64,000 bases of DNA from Fervidicoccaceae archaeon (GCA_038734945.1 JAVYOA010000009.1:62001-126000); one strand, 5' to 3'. Positions 10,466 through 20,708 are shown, counted from the first letter of the stretch. Notes: generated by a model from the sequence alone, not told the origin. Made by a program: numbers and translations.

Positions 10466-11008
10466 TTGGAAAACGTTAAGAGGGTCTTCATTGTTGTGGA
10501 GCGATGCGTTGGATGCAAGAGCTGTGAAATAGCATGCCACATAGAGCACTCCAAGAGCAAGGATCTCTACAAGGCTATTTTCGAAATTCCAAGGCCTAAG
10601 AGATTCAACACTGTTCTAAAAGTGGATCAGTATAATGCCTCGCTGAGATGTGCTCACTGTGAGGATCCTCCCTGCGCTAATGTTTGTCCTACGGGAGCAT
10701 TACAGAAAGACGAAGAGACTGGATTTGTTACATATAATCCCGCTAAGTGCATTGGATGCTGGCAGTGCGCAATGGTATGTCCTTTCGGTGCCATCTATCC
10801 TGACTATGAGACCTTAACAGCAGCGAAGTGCGATGGCTGCATTGAAAGAGTCAAGTCAGGCAGGCTACCGGCATGTGTAGAGGCCTGTCCAACTAATGCT
10901 CTGGTCTTCGCAGATGTCAAGGAAATGGAGCAATTCAAAAGAGAGCGCTCCCTCAGAGAGCTCACAGCAGGGCAGAAAGTTTCAATTTTTGAGCTAGGGG
11001 TGGTCTAA
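10466..11008 (+). CDS. cooF: CooF-type 4x[4Fe-4S] electron transfer protein
   Basis: CVGCKSCEIAC, CAHCEDPPCANVCP, CIGCWQCAMVCP, CDGC...PACVEACP; directly upstream of cooS. Confidence 0.9.
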   Translation: MENVKRVFIVVERCVGCKSCEIACHIEHSKSKDLYKAIFEIPRPKRFNTVLKVDQYNASLRCAHCEDPPCANVCPTGALQKDEETGFVTYNPAKCIGCWQCAMVCPFGAIYPDYETLTAAKCDGCIERVKSGRLPACVEACPTNALVFADVKEMEQFKRERSLRELTAGQKVSIFELGVV

Positions 11009-11009
11009 C

Positions 11010-12968
11010 ATGGTAACCGATCTATTGAAGGAGAAGAAGGAGGCAATAGAGAAAAGCAGTCAAGAATACGGAATGCTCGATGAAGGAACTGTCAGGCTTC
11101 TAAAGAAAGAGGAGAAAGAGGCGAGGACAACAGTTTATCATAGGCTCGCGAGGCAGGAGCCGCAGTGTGGCTTTGGTGAGCTAGGTGTATGCTGTAGGAT
11201 GTGCTACATGGGCCCCTGCAGAATCGATGTTTTCAATTCAGGAGGTCCTCAGCTCGGAGTGTGTGGTGCTACTGCCGATACTATAGTTGCGAGAAATCTA
11301 CTTAGAGAGACCGTTGGAGGAGCAAGCTCCCATGTTGAGCATGCTATGGAAATAGCTGAGATATTGAGGGATGTGGCAGAAGGAAAGCTAGAAGCGTATA
11401 AAATAAGAGATACAGAAAAGCTTCTCAGTGTCGCACGGAATCTCGGAATAAATACGGAAAATAGAGAAATTTCAGAGATAGCTCTCGAAATTGCTGAAGC
11501 ATCTTTGGAGGATCTCTATAAGCTCGACAGAAAGCCAAGTAGATGGATAGAGAAATACTCTCCATCCTCGAGCTTTAAAAAATGGAGCGCGTTGGGAATA
11601 GTGCCAACTAACATATGGCAGCCCATAGTGAATGCTATGCATAGAACATCCATGGGAAATGATGCCGATCCAGTTAACATCCTGCTAGCAGATCTTAGGA
11701 TGGGAATAGTGGACGGCTACGGACTCACCATGGCCACTGAGCTCTCCGATGTGCTTTTTGGAACTCCAAACATTATTCACAGCTATGCAAACTTAGCTAC
11801 TATAAAGGAGGACTATGTTAATATTGCAGTTCATGGTCACAACCCTGCTCTATCAGAGAAGGTTCTAGAGTGGGCCGAAAAGCTGCAGGAAAGAGCAAGG
11901 GCCATAGGAGCTAAGGGAATAAACATAATTGGGGTCTGCTGCACAGGAAACGAAGTCCTAATGAGGCATGGGATACCTCTGGCAGCGAATGAAATGCAGG
12001 CAGAGCTTGCCATAGTCACCGGAGCTCTAGATGCAATGGTAGCTGACTTTCAATGCATTTGGCCCATACTTGCTCAAGTAGCTTCTTGCTATCACACAAA
12101 GCTCATAACCACTGTTCCCTATGTGAAGATTCCTGGAGCCATACACATAGAATTCTCTCCCGAGAAAGCAGATGAAGTTGCTAGGAGAATAATCGAAATA
12201 GGACTTGAGGCCTATCAGCAGAGAAATCCAGCGAGGGTCTTCATACCGAACCATCCAGAGGAAGTTTATGCAGGTTTCTCCGTCGAGGCGCTGCTTGGAA
12301 TTCTCAAGAAGGTCGATCCGGAGGATCCTCTCAAACCTCTAATAGAAAACATAGCAAACGGTAACATCTATGGAATTGCGGCAATAGTGGGATGTCCCAA
12401 CCCAAAAACAAGAAAGTATCTGTTCAGTGAGAGGCTTATAAAGGAGCTGCTCAAGAACAACGTTCTTGTTATAGTTACTGGCTGCATAGCTCACATAGCT
12501 GCACAGGCTGGCTTCATGAATCCGAGAAAAATAGATGAAATTGGTGTTGGGGAAGGATTGAAGAGTGTGCTCAAAGCCCTGGGAGGGGCAGCTGGATTGC
12601 CCAGCCTTCCTCCCACAATTCACATGGGATCATGTGTGGATAACTCAAGGATAGGTGTGCTGCTTAAAGCAGTTTCAGAAAAGCTGCATGTCGATGTGTC
12701 ATCGCTCCCTGTTGTAGCGTCTGCTCCCGAACTCATTACGGAGAAGGCTGTTTCCATTGGTACTTGGGCTCTTGCTTTGGGTGTGACTGTGCATGTCTGC
12801 CCGCCTCTCAGAGTCCTAGGAGGACCGCAGGTTGCTGATATTTTAACAAGGCAATTAAGGAATATTACTGGAGGGGAGCTCTATATAGAGTGCGACCCGG
12901 AGAAGGCAGCCAAGGAGCTTATTAGAAAAATTAGAGAAAAGCGTATAGGGCTAGGACTGAGGGCGTGA
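11010..12968 (+). CDS. cooS: Anaerobic Ni-containing carbon monoxide dehydrogenase catalytic subunit
   Basis: D/B clusters QCGFGELGVCCRMCYMGPC...GVCG; C-cluster ligands HGHNP, CCTGNE, DFQC, VGCPN, TGC, GSCVDN; catalytic His (SSHVEH) and Lys (EKAV). Confidence 0.97.
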   Translation: MVTDLLKEKKEAIEKSSQEYGMLDEGTVRLLKKEEKEARTTVYHRLARQEPQCGFGELGVCCRMCYMGPCRIDVFNSGGPQLGVCGATADTIVARNLLRETVGGASSHVEHAMEIAEILRDVAEGKLEAYKIRDTEKLLSVARNLGINTENREISEIALEIAEASLEDLYKLDRKPSRWIEKYSPSSSFKKWSALGIVPTNIWQPIVNAMHRTSMGNDADPVNILLADLRMGIVDGYGLTMATELSDVLFGTPNIIHSYANLATIKEDYVNIAVHGHNPALSEKVLEWAEKLQERARAIGAKGINIIGVCCTGNEVLMRHGIPLAANEMQAELAIVTGALDAMVADFQCIWPILAQVASCYHTKLITTVPYVKIPGAIHIEFSPEKADEVARRIIEIGLEAYQQRNPARVFIPNHPEEVYAGFSVEALLGILKKVDPEDPLKPLIENIANGNIYGIAAIVGCPNPKTRKYLFSERLIKELLKNNVLVIVTGCIAHIAAQAGFMNPRKIDEIGVGEGLKSVLKALGGAAGLPSLPPTIHMGSCVDNSRIGVLLKAVSEKLHVDVSSLPVVASAPELITEKAVSIGTWALALGVTVHVCPPLRVLGGPQVADILTRQLRNITGGELYIECDPEKAAKELIRKIREKRIGLGLRA

Positions 12969-12974
12969 AATAGC

Positions 12975-13889
12975 TTGCCGTTCACAAGAGCAAGCGAGGA
13001 AGAGAGAGATAGAATAATTAAGGAGATACTCCTCGAGCTGCCTCACAGAGAATCTAAAACAGATGAAGGACTTAGAGTTGTTGTTACAGGAAAGGGGGGT
13101 GCTGGAAAAACAGTACTTGCCTCACTCCTCTCTTACCGATTTGCTGAAGCAGGCTATAGGGTCTTGGCGGTTGATGAGGATCCTCAGATGAACCTTCCAA
13201 TGTCTTTAGGACTTACAGAGGAGGAAGCCAACAGGATAGTCCCTCTCAACAGGCAGCTCGATTATATTGAGGAGAAAACAGGGGCTAGGCCAGGAACAGG
13301 CTGGGGTTTATTCATAAGACTCAATCCAAATGTAGAGGATGTAGTTGAAAGGTTCGGTATTAAGATTACCGAGAAGCTCACTCTTTTGGTAATGGGAACA
13401 GTGGTTCAAGCAGCTGTTGGCTGCACGTGTCCCGAAAACGATCTCCTTGCAGCAGTCATGAACTACATTTCCTTGAAGAGGAATGAAGTTATAGTTATGG
13501 ACACTGAGGCTGGTCTTGAGCAGTTTGGTAGAGCAATCTCAAGAGGTTTCCATCACTCCCTCATTATCTCCGAGCCAACATTAACTTCTATGAGTGTCTC
13601 CTTGAGGGCAGCCGAGCTCTCCAGAGATCTCAAGATTCCCTACGTGCACCTAATCGTGAACAAAGTAAAAAACAAAGAGGATGAGCAAAAGGCTCTGAGC
13701 GTGCTGAACAGCACTGGCAGGAAGCTCTTCCACAGCATATCCTTTCTTCCCTTTTCTGAAGAGATTTATAGAAACGAGCCTTCTGTTCTCCCCATGCTCA
13801 ACTACCGGAATACTGAGTTCATGCTCAAGTTCGAAGAAGCCTTCAAGAGGATCTTTGGAAGCTGGCTCGTTCAGAACAGCAGATCCTGA
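12975..13889 (+). CDS. cooC: CO dehydrogenase nickel-insertion ATPase
   Basis: GKGGAGKT deviant Walker A, Ni-binding GCTCP, MDTEAGLEQFGR. Confidence 0.92.
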   Translation: MPFTRASEEERDRIIKEILLELPHRESKTDEGLRVVVTGKGGAGKTVLASLLSYRFAEAGYRVLAVDEDPQMNLPMSLGLTEEEANRIVPLNRQLDYIEEKTGARPGTGWGLFIRLNPNVEDVVERFGIKITEKLTLLVMGTVVQAAVGCTCPENDLLAAVMNYISLKRNEVIVMDTEAGLEQFGRAISRGFHHSLIISEPTLTSMSVSLRAAELSRDLKIPYVHLIVNKVKNKEDEQKALSVLNSTGRKLFHSISFLPFSEEIYRNEPSVLPMLNYRNTEFMLKFEEAFKRIFGSWLVQNSRS

Positions 13890-15082
13890 TCAAGAAGCGT
13901 TTTTTTGACCTCATCTATTCCATTGAACACAGGAAATATCTCTCTTCTTCTCATTAGATATCTCTTCAGAAGGCCGCTCCATCTAACATCTCCAACCATC
14001 TCTGCTCCAACTATTTTTCCATCTCTAGAGTAATATAGCTCGAGAAGTCCATCCTTCTCGATTTCGATCTCCTCATCATATTTCCATACGTTTCCCAATG
14101 AAAAAAATGCTTTATCATCTATATTAATAGAATTCAGCCTCACACCACCATCATGCTTCACGCTTTCTCCAGCAACATTTGCTCCAGCTATCTTTCCAGT
14201 CTCAAACGCGTTTGTCCATGTTGGAATTGGGGAGACAGCATCTTCAAGAGCATGCTTGAGCTCTATGCAGTCCCCCGCTGCGAAGACGTCTGGAGAGGAG
14301 GTTCTCATAAATTCATCAACAATGATACCACCGCTTTTTCCAAGCCTTATCGATTCATCGACAAATTCCGTGTTGGGTTTAACTCCTACAGCCATAACTA
14401 TCGTGTCTGCTCTGTAGAATCCACCCTCAGTTTTCACTCCTCTCTCGGGCTCATCTTTCAGCTCAATCACCTTTTCCTCTTTGTATATTTCTATTCCATC
14501 TCTTCTAAGATTATTCTCTATCATATTGCTTAGCTTCTTGCTGAAAACCGTGCTGAGCACATTTTCCAGAGCTTCGATAAGCTTGACTCTTTTTCCAAGC
14601 TTCCTCAGAGAGAGAGCAATTTCGACTCCAACTGGGCCAGCCCCAATTATTGCTATCTCCTTCCCGGCACTACTTTTTAGTCTTTCAGCATCGTCGTAGG
14701 TCCTCACAACAAGGGCCATGTCAGAATTTGGTATCTTCAGCCTTCGTGGGGAAGCTCCGCTTGCTATAATGAGCCTATCGTACGGTATTTCCCTTCTTCC
14801 AGTTGAAACGATCTTTTTCGAAGTATCTATGAATTTCACATCTTCACCAAGGTAAAGTTTTGCTTTATTCTTCTGATAGAAGCTCACATCTCTCGAGAAG
14901 AGGTTATCCTTGCTGAGTCTACCCTCTATGTAGTACGGGATCGCAGCTGGAGAGTAAAATGGGCGGGTCTCATCAAGCTTTTCCCTTGATAGAACAATTA
15001 TTTCAGAAGATTTATCGTATTTCCTCATCTCTCTTAAGGCCGAGATTCCTGCTATTCCATTTCCAATGATAACAACCCTCAT
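13871..15082 (-). CDS. FAD-dependent NAD(P)H oxidoreductase (FNOR type)
   Basis: GNGIAG FAD site, GAGPVG NAD site, TS...FAAGDC; convergent on cooC with 19-nt 3' overlap. Confidence 0.88.
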   Translation of the reverse strand: MRVVIIGNGIAGISALREMRKYDKSSEIIVLSREKLDETRPFYSPAAIPYYIEGRLSKDNLFSRDVSFYQKNKAKLYLGEDVKFIDTSKKIVSTGRREIPYDRLIIASGASPRRLKIPNSDMALVVRTYDDAERLKSSAGKEIAIIGAGPVGVEIALSLRKLGKRVKLIEALENVLSTVFSKKLSNMIENNLRRDGIEIYKEEKVIELKDEPERGVKTEGGFYRADTIVMAVGVKPNTEFVDESIRLGKSGGIIVDEFMRTSSPDVFAAGDCIELKHALEDAVSPIPTWTNAFETGKIAGANVAGESVKHDGGVRLNSINIDDKAFFSLGNVWKYDEEIEIEKDGLLELYYSRDGKIVGAEMVGDVRWSGLLKRYLMRRREIFPVFNGIDEVKKTLLDQDLLF

Positions 15083-15193
15083 TACTTCCCACTACAGTTG
15101 TTTTATTTATTCAAAAAATTATTTTAACCTTTTGTCAGCATTCGAACTCAGCCTATAGGACAAAGCGAAAAAAGCTTTTATCGTACTTCTAAT

Positions 15194-16714
15194 TTATTTT
15201 CGCCTTCTCATCACTGCTAAAAGCATCACCGAAAGAAGAAGAACAGCAGCAACAGATGCAATCACTATGTTTCCATATCCTCCACCACCCTGTGCAGAAG
15301 TAGAGGCAGAAGATGTTTCACTCCCTGTGGCTGTCGTTTTTGTAGGGAAAGTATTTGTGGCTGTTGTCACAGTGTATGAAGTGATTGTGGTTGCTGTTGT
15401 GGTTATAGTAGTTGTTGATGTGCCGCTGAACACTCCCAGAACCTGCGAAGGAGGAGATGCAAGAGGATACAGATCCAGGACATCCTTCCCTGTAGTGGTT
15501 GCTATAGCATAGGGAGAATCGACTATTCCGTCCTTGTTGCTGTCTGGAGATACGTGATTGTACCAGTAGTTCCCCATCTTCGTCGTTTCATTCGCTATGT
15601 ACCATGAATTCCCACCACTTTCGTCTGCTGCGCAGTAATTATAGCAGTACCAGAACACATTTCCAAATATTGTGTTGTTTCCTGTAGATTTCGACATATA
15701 TACTCCTATATGTCCAGTTCTGTTAATGAAATTAAGAGCAATTGTGTTACCATAGCCATTGAGCGCATTGACTCCCCTTCCTCCAGAAAGCACATTGAGC
15801 ACAATGTAATTGTTGCTTCCTCTAAGCTCAACTGCAAATTGTCCCCCTGATATTATGTTCTCTCGCAGTATGTTTTCGCTTCCTGTAAGCCTTATCCCAG
15901 ACGAAGCTCCAGCTATTTCGCTCTTCTCCACTGAATTTGCTATCGAGCCTGCCGGTATATCAATTCCTATGTCTCCGCTTATTCTGCTTCCCATAACAAC
16001 AGCATCCCTTCCAGTAAGGAGAACAGCTGTTGTAGCTGAAGATACCGTGGAATTTCTCAGCTCTCCACTGCTCATCTTCACTCCAGTACCATCGTAGCTT
16101 CTTATATTGCTGAACATTATCTGAGTGCTCCTGCACCCGCCAACTCCTATGCTCCCATTGTAAACAGAAACAGAGCTATAATAGAGGCCCAGCATGCTGC
16201 ACGCTCCCCATATTCCCCCGGGCTTTGGAGTGAGATTTTCTCTTCCAGCAGTGATGCTGCAATGCTCCACACTTGCACTTGCCCAACCATGATCCATATC
16301 CCCTAGCTGGATTCCGCTCGCTGTGCTCTCAACCACCATGCTCTCCAGAAGGACATTGCTAGCCAAGACTTTTATAGCAGAATCCAATCCGCTCGAAGGC
16401 CGTTCTAGAACTACTTTCATGCTTCCTACTTTGGAATTGTTGGCATATATCTCTATTTGGCCTTTTATCACAACTGTAGAGTTGCTTTCACCAAAGATTG
16501 TTAGAGTTTTTGTTACTTTAAAGCCCGAATAAGTCCCCGCCATCACAGTTATTATATCTCCATCTGATGCTGCATTAATCGCTGATTGTATATCCTGATA
16601 ATCTCTAGGAACGACTATGCTCTTTGCTCCGCTGCCCTCCAGCAATGAAGAGGAAAAAAGCACAATACAGAGGGCTGCAGTTATTAGAAAGCACGCACTT
16701 CTAGAGAAGTTCAA
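15194..16714 (-). CDS. Cell-surface parallel beta-helix (NosD-like) protein
   Basis: Signal peptide; VPRDYQDIQSAINAASDGD; Asn/Gly beta-helix repeats; GNYW...DSNKDGIVDSPY; Thr-rich linker; C-terminal TM helix followed by RRRK. Confidence 0.8.
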   Translation of the reverse strand: MNFSRSACFLITAALCIVLFSSSLLEGSGAKSIVVPRDYQDIQSAINAASDGDIITVMAGTYSGFKVTKTLTIFGESNSTVVIKGQIEIYANNSKVGSMKVVLERPSSGLDSAIKVLASNVLLESMVVESTASGIQLGDMDHGWASASVEHCSITAGRENLTPKPGGIWGACSMLGLYYSSVSVYNGSIGVGGCRSTQIMFSNIRSYDGTGVKMSSGELRNSTVSSATTAVLLTGRDAVVMGSRISGDIGIDIPAGSIANSVEKSEIAGASSGIRLTGSENILRENIISGGQFAVELRGSNNYIVLNVLSGGRGVNALNGYGNTIALNFINRTGHIGVYMSKSTGNNTIFGNVFWYCYNYCAADESGGNSWYIANETTKMGNYWYNHVSPDSNKDGIVDSPYAIATTTGKDVLDLYPLASPPSQVLGVFSGTSTTTITTTATTITSYTVTTATNTFPTKTTATGSETSSASTSAQGGGGYGNIVIASVAAVLLLSVMLLAVMRRRK

Positions 16715-17030
16715 GCTAAATCACAAAAATAATGTCAAATTTTAAATATATAAAATTAATATTTTACTTCTTTTCCCTCCTATAAAATTATTTATTTCCC
16801 TTTTTCCACACGTAATGAATTAATAGCAGAAATCGTCTTCTCATCTTAGAATAAATGGACTTGAGACCCGGATATGAGCAGCTCTTTATGTATTCTGCCC
16901 AAAACAAACGCAGAGCTTCTCTTAATGAACTATCGAGGCTGGCACGAATGAACTTCAAACTTCCAGGAATATTTTTCATCATAATAAAAAAATTGGGGAA
17001 AAACTCTGCCAGTTGAGCTGATCCACGAGA

Positions 17031-18410
17031 TTACCTTCTAGTTGCCTCCGAGAGAAGGGATTCCATGGCATCCATAAAGGACTTGAGCTCGCTATCGTCA
17101 TGTACCAATGCAGGTAATAGATGAGCCATACCCTCTCCAAGATATAGTACTCCATTGTTCCTTGCATGGAGGTTCAAAGCCCTCTCTGCTAGACCTCCGC
17201 TCCACCTCAGCTCATATGCTTCCCCAGTATTTCTAGGTCTTTTCCTAGTGAAGTGTATCCCAGTCATGGTTCCGGCTCCCGTTGAGAAGCACTCCACACC
17301 ATAGCTACTGCATATTTTTTCTGCCTTCCTTCTCAGATCCTCCCAAGCTGAATTCGCATGCTGGTATATTTCTCTGTGGCTGCTCAGATATTCAACTAGA
17401 GCCCTTCCAGCATGAATAGTTATTGGATTTCCAGTGAATGTCCCCCCATGGAAGGCCCTCCTCGCTCTGTCGGGAAACTTTATGTGATCCATCATCTCCA
17501 TTATTTCCCTCCTCCCTCCAATTGCTCCTGCTCCAGGCATTCCACCTCCAACCGCTTTGCCATATATCACCATATCAGCCTTCACTCCAAAGAACTCCTG
17601 ACCTCCTCCAGGAGAGAGCCTGAATCCTGTTATGACCTCGTCGAATATCAGCAAGGTTCCATGCTCTAGCGTCAGCCTTCTAAGCTCCTTCAAGTATCCT
17701 TCATCAGGACCTATGCATCCTCCTCCTCCGAGCACCGGCTCGACTATTACTGCTGCTGTAGGATAGCTCCTCAATGCTCTCTCCACAGCCTCTATATCAT
17801 TGTATGGAACTGCTATTGTGAACTTTGTGAAATCCTGGGGAAGACCTGCAGATTCAGGGAGATCGAAAGGAGGGGAAGATGTTGCTTTGTGCAGTGATTC
17901 AACTCCACCATGCCATCCTCCCTCCATCTTCACGATGTAGTTCTTTCCAGTGTATGCTCTAGCAGCCCTCACAGCATATAGATTGGCCTCAGTTCCGCTG
18001 TTGGAGAACCTGATCATCTCTATTCCTGGAAGGAGCTTCGTAAGGAACTCGGCATACTCAAGCGCATACGGATTCTCATACCCAAGATGTGAGCCTTTCT
18101 TCAGAGCCTCATTCACTGCCTCTATAACTTGCTCAGGGAGATGTCCAAGAAGATGAGTTCCATGCCCCTCCCAGAAGTCTATATATTCATTGCCATCCAC
18201 ATCGTAGACCCTTGTCCCCTTGGCACTTTTTATGAACAATGGATAGGGCCTGAAGAACCTTATAGCATAGGTAACTCCTCCTGGTAGTACTTTCCTAGCT
18301 CTTTCCCAGAGCTCCTTGCTCCTGCCTGTTTTTCTCCTATATTCTTCCTCCTCTCTCTTTGCTATCTCTGACAGCCTGGAGATCAGCACCGTGTTCTCCA
18401 TGCCTCTCAT
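17031..18410 (-). CDS. Class III PLP aminotransferase (glutamate-1-semialdehyde aminomutase-like)
   Basis: NSGTEA, FDEVITGFR, YGKAVGGG (PLP Lys), HGGTFTGNP; start overlaps the upstream stop (TAATG). Confidence 0.88.
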   Translation of the reverse strand: MRGMENTVLISRLSEIAKREEEEYRRKTGRSKELWERARKVLPGGVTYAIRFFRPYPLFIKSAKGTRVYDVDGNEYIDFWEGHGTHLLGHLPEQVIEAVNEALKKGSHLGYENPYALEYAEFLTKLLPGIEMIRFSNSGTEANLYAVRAARAYTGKNYIVKMEGGWHGGVESLHKATSSPPFDLPESAGLPQDFTKFTIAVPYNDIEAVERALRSYPTAAVIVEPVLGGGGCIGPDEGYLKELRRLTLEHGTLLIFDEVITGFRLSPGGGQEFFGVKADMVIYGKAVGGGMPGAGAIGGRREIMEMMDHIKFPDRARRAFHGGTFTGNPITIHAGRALVEYLSSHREIYQHANSAWEDLRRKAEKICSSYGVECFSTGAGTMTGIHFTRKRPRNTGEAYELRWSGGLAERALNLHARNNGVLYLGEGMAHLLPALVHDDSELKSFMDAMESLLSEATRR

Positions 18411-19396
18411 TACCTCTCAAATCTTATCTTGAATGGGAGAAGCTCGGTCATCAGATGAAGCCCAGGATCCTCATCGATAATTTTCTCCGCAGTGCTTATA
18501 AGTATGGAGGCAGTCCCCAGATCTCCCGGAGTTCCCGTGCTCTTCCACAGAATTTTGTAGTCCTTTCCTTCCACAAGAATTTCCTCGAAATCTGGAGCTC
18601 CTGCATAGGCGTGGAGCTCTACCCTTATGACTTCTCTACTTCCAAGAAAGCCTGAGCCATATCCTCTCATGCCAAGGTTCTTTCCCTTCGCTACTTTGAT
18701 TCCCTCATGCTCCACGTCCTCCTCAGCTACAACTAGCTGGGATCCCTCCTCAACTCTGGTGAGATTCAGATCTCCTGCCTGGGCAATAAGAAGCACGGAT
18801 TCTGCATAGCCAACATGCCCAGTTATCTCCCCTCGCTTCAGCATTTCCTCCACAACTTTTGGATCTTCTCCAACCCCCACCTTCTTTCTGAATGGTTCCC
18901 TCCTCTTGAAAGCATCTAAGCTCCTCACAACGTTTATTCTCCTGACAGTGGGAGAAGAGGATGCTATGACAGCAACAAGAGTATCTAGTATGAATCCAGG
19001 ATTTACTCCTGTCCCTATTATAGGAACGCCCATCCTTGAAGCGAAATCATTCAATCTGACGGAGAGAACAGGGTATCTATAATAAGGATAAGCTAGAGTT
19101 TCACATGAAGATACAATTGGCGCTCCAATTCTGATTAGAGAGAATAGCTGATCGAACACCTTATCCAGATATGAGCCTGTAGCATGAATAATCACATCAG
19201 AATCTATGAGAGAAGATATATCGTTACTGACCTTTACTCCTAATGCTTCTCTTCCTAGGAGCTCTCCAACATCCTTTCCGATCATATCTTCTCTAACATC
19301 AATGGCTCCAGAGATCTCGTGCCCTCCATCCAGGGCAACCCTAGCAGCAAGTCTTCCAATTGCTCCAAAACCGTAGAAGCCTATTTTGAGCTTCAT
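18410..19396 (-). CDS. NAD(P)-dependent amine/2,4-diaminopentanoate dehydrogenase-like protein (DapB-like N-terminus)
   Basis: GFGAIG Rossmann motif, SSCETLAYP, GTGVNPGFILD, GHVGYAES, PGDLGTA. Confidence 0.8.
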   Translation of the reverse strand: MKLKIGFYGFGAIGRLAARVALDGGHEISGAIDVREDMIGKDVGELLGREALGVKVSNDISSLIDSDVIIHATGSYLDKVFDQLFSLIRIGAPIVSSCETLAYPYYRYPVLSVRLNDFASRMGVPIIGTGVNPGFILDTLVAVIASSSPTVRRINVVRSLDAFKRREPFRKKVGVGEDPKVVEEMLKRGEITGHVGYAESVLLIAQAGDLNLTRVEEGSQLVVAEEDVEHEGIKVAKGKNLGMRGYGSGFLGSREVIRVELHAYAGAPDFEEILVEGKDYKILWKSTGTPGDLGTASILISTAEKIIDEDPGLHLMTELLPFKIRFER

Positions 19397-19546
19397 GGAG
19401 AACATCCTCACAGAAGTTCATGGTAAAATAATTATATTGTGTTAATATTTAAATTTTGCTTTATTTAACAGAATAAGACTTTAATAATTGTAATAAGAAT
19501 ATATTATTAAGAAATTAATAATTAAGTCCCACACAAGTGATCCTTC

Positions 19547-20671
19547 TTGTCTGAAAGAACATCTTTTTGGAAAAGAGTAGGATACGCCGCCCTAACAGCA
19601 GCAATAATACAGAATGTCTGGATAGGCGGTGGTTATGGGAGTGGTAGAGAGATCGTGCAGTATATAGCAAGATTTGGATCTCTAGGCTGGATATCGATAG
19701 TTGTTGGGTCTTTAGCTCTCTTAATAGCTCTACTCCTGTCATTCGAAATAGCACGAAGGTTTAAGGCTTTTGATTATAGAATTTGGTCTAGACAATTCCT
19801 ATGGAAATTTTGGCCAGCATTTGAAGTATCCTATGTAATATTAGCATGGATAGTCATAGCTGTAGTAGGTGCTGCAGCAGGATTCATGTTGTCAGATCTT
19901 GCCAATATACCTTACTGGGTCTCAGTCACTATAGTGCTTCTAGCAATATTTCTCCTCCATTTCTATGGAAGGAAGGTCATAGAAGGATTCTGGATTGTTG
20001 GAACTGTTGGGCTCTATATGCTCTACATAGCTATATGGGTTGTCTTTCTCTCGGTCAGAGGAGGAGTCGCAATGCAGAACATATCAGCAGGGGTTCACCA
20101 AGGGACAATAACTGAAGCAGCTATCAGCGGATTCCAATATACCATGTATAATTTAGTAGTTGTGGCTTCCGCTCTCCAATCTGCAGACAGATATAAGGGA
20201 AAAATGGAGAGCATCTTTGCATCTATCCTTTCTGTCTTTTTTGTCTATATAACGGCGGCCCTGCTATGGATATGCTTCATGGGCTGGTATCCTGAGGTAA
20301 TAGGAATGACAGTTCCAGTTTATGAAATAGCCAAGTCTCTGGGAGTTTCCTGGCTCCTATATTTATATGTGTTCTGGATATTCTACACATTAATAGCCAC
20401 AGCTCTTGGAATGATATATGCTATAGTTAGAAGGGTCAGTGCTCAGCTGGAGGCAAGGGGAAAGAAGCTGAGGAAAAGTAGCGAGGCAATTATAGCATCT
20501 CTCCTCTTTCTCGTATCCGTAATCACTGCGCAGGTTGGTCTTGTCACTCTGGTAGCCAAGGGATACGGCACGCTGGCATGGGTGTTTTTTGCTGTTTATT
20601 TCATCCCAATTGTCACCATTGGTGCGGTCAGAATTCTGAAACCTGAGTGGAGAAAGGATCTATGGGGATAG
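19547..20671 (+). CDS. YkvI-like multi-pass membrane protein (putative amino-acid/amine transporter)
   Basis: IGGGYGSGREIVQY signature, about 10 TM segments, LVAKGYG. Confidence 0.8.
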   Translation: MSERTSFWKRVGYAALTAAIIQNVWIGGGYGSGREIVQYIARFGSLGWISIVVGSLALLIALLLSFEIARRFKAFDYRIWSRQFLWKFWPAFEVSYVILAWIVIAVVGAAAGFMLSDLANIPYWVSVTIVLLAIFLLHFYGRKVIEGFWIVGTVGLYMLYIAIWVVFLSVRGGVAMQNISAGVHQGTITEAAISGFQYTMYNLVVVASALQSADRYKGKMESIFASILSVFFVYITAALLWICFMGWYPEVIGMTVPVYEIAKSLGVSWLLYLYVFWIFYTLIATALGMIYAIVRRVSAQLEARGKKLRKSSEAIIASLLFLVSVITAQVGLVTLVAKGYGTLAWVFFAVYFIPIVTIGAVRILKPEWRKDLWG

Positions 20672-20708
20672 AAACGGGCGGCAAAAATCTCAATTTTTTA
20701 TAAAAACT

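Noticed and set aside
15194..16714. N2O reductase maturation (nosD) linked to the nar cluster
   Set aside because: No nosZ/F/Y/L; the Thr linker and TM anchor fit a generic surface protein
16788..16982. 64-aa minus-strand ORF between the surface protein and the aminotransferase
   Set aside because: No SD, motif or recognisable family; coding status cannot be supported
17031..18410. Calling this gene hemL
   Set aside because: GSA-like motifs are present, but there is no tetrapyrrole context and it is coupled to an amine dehydrogenase-like gene
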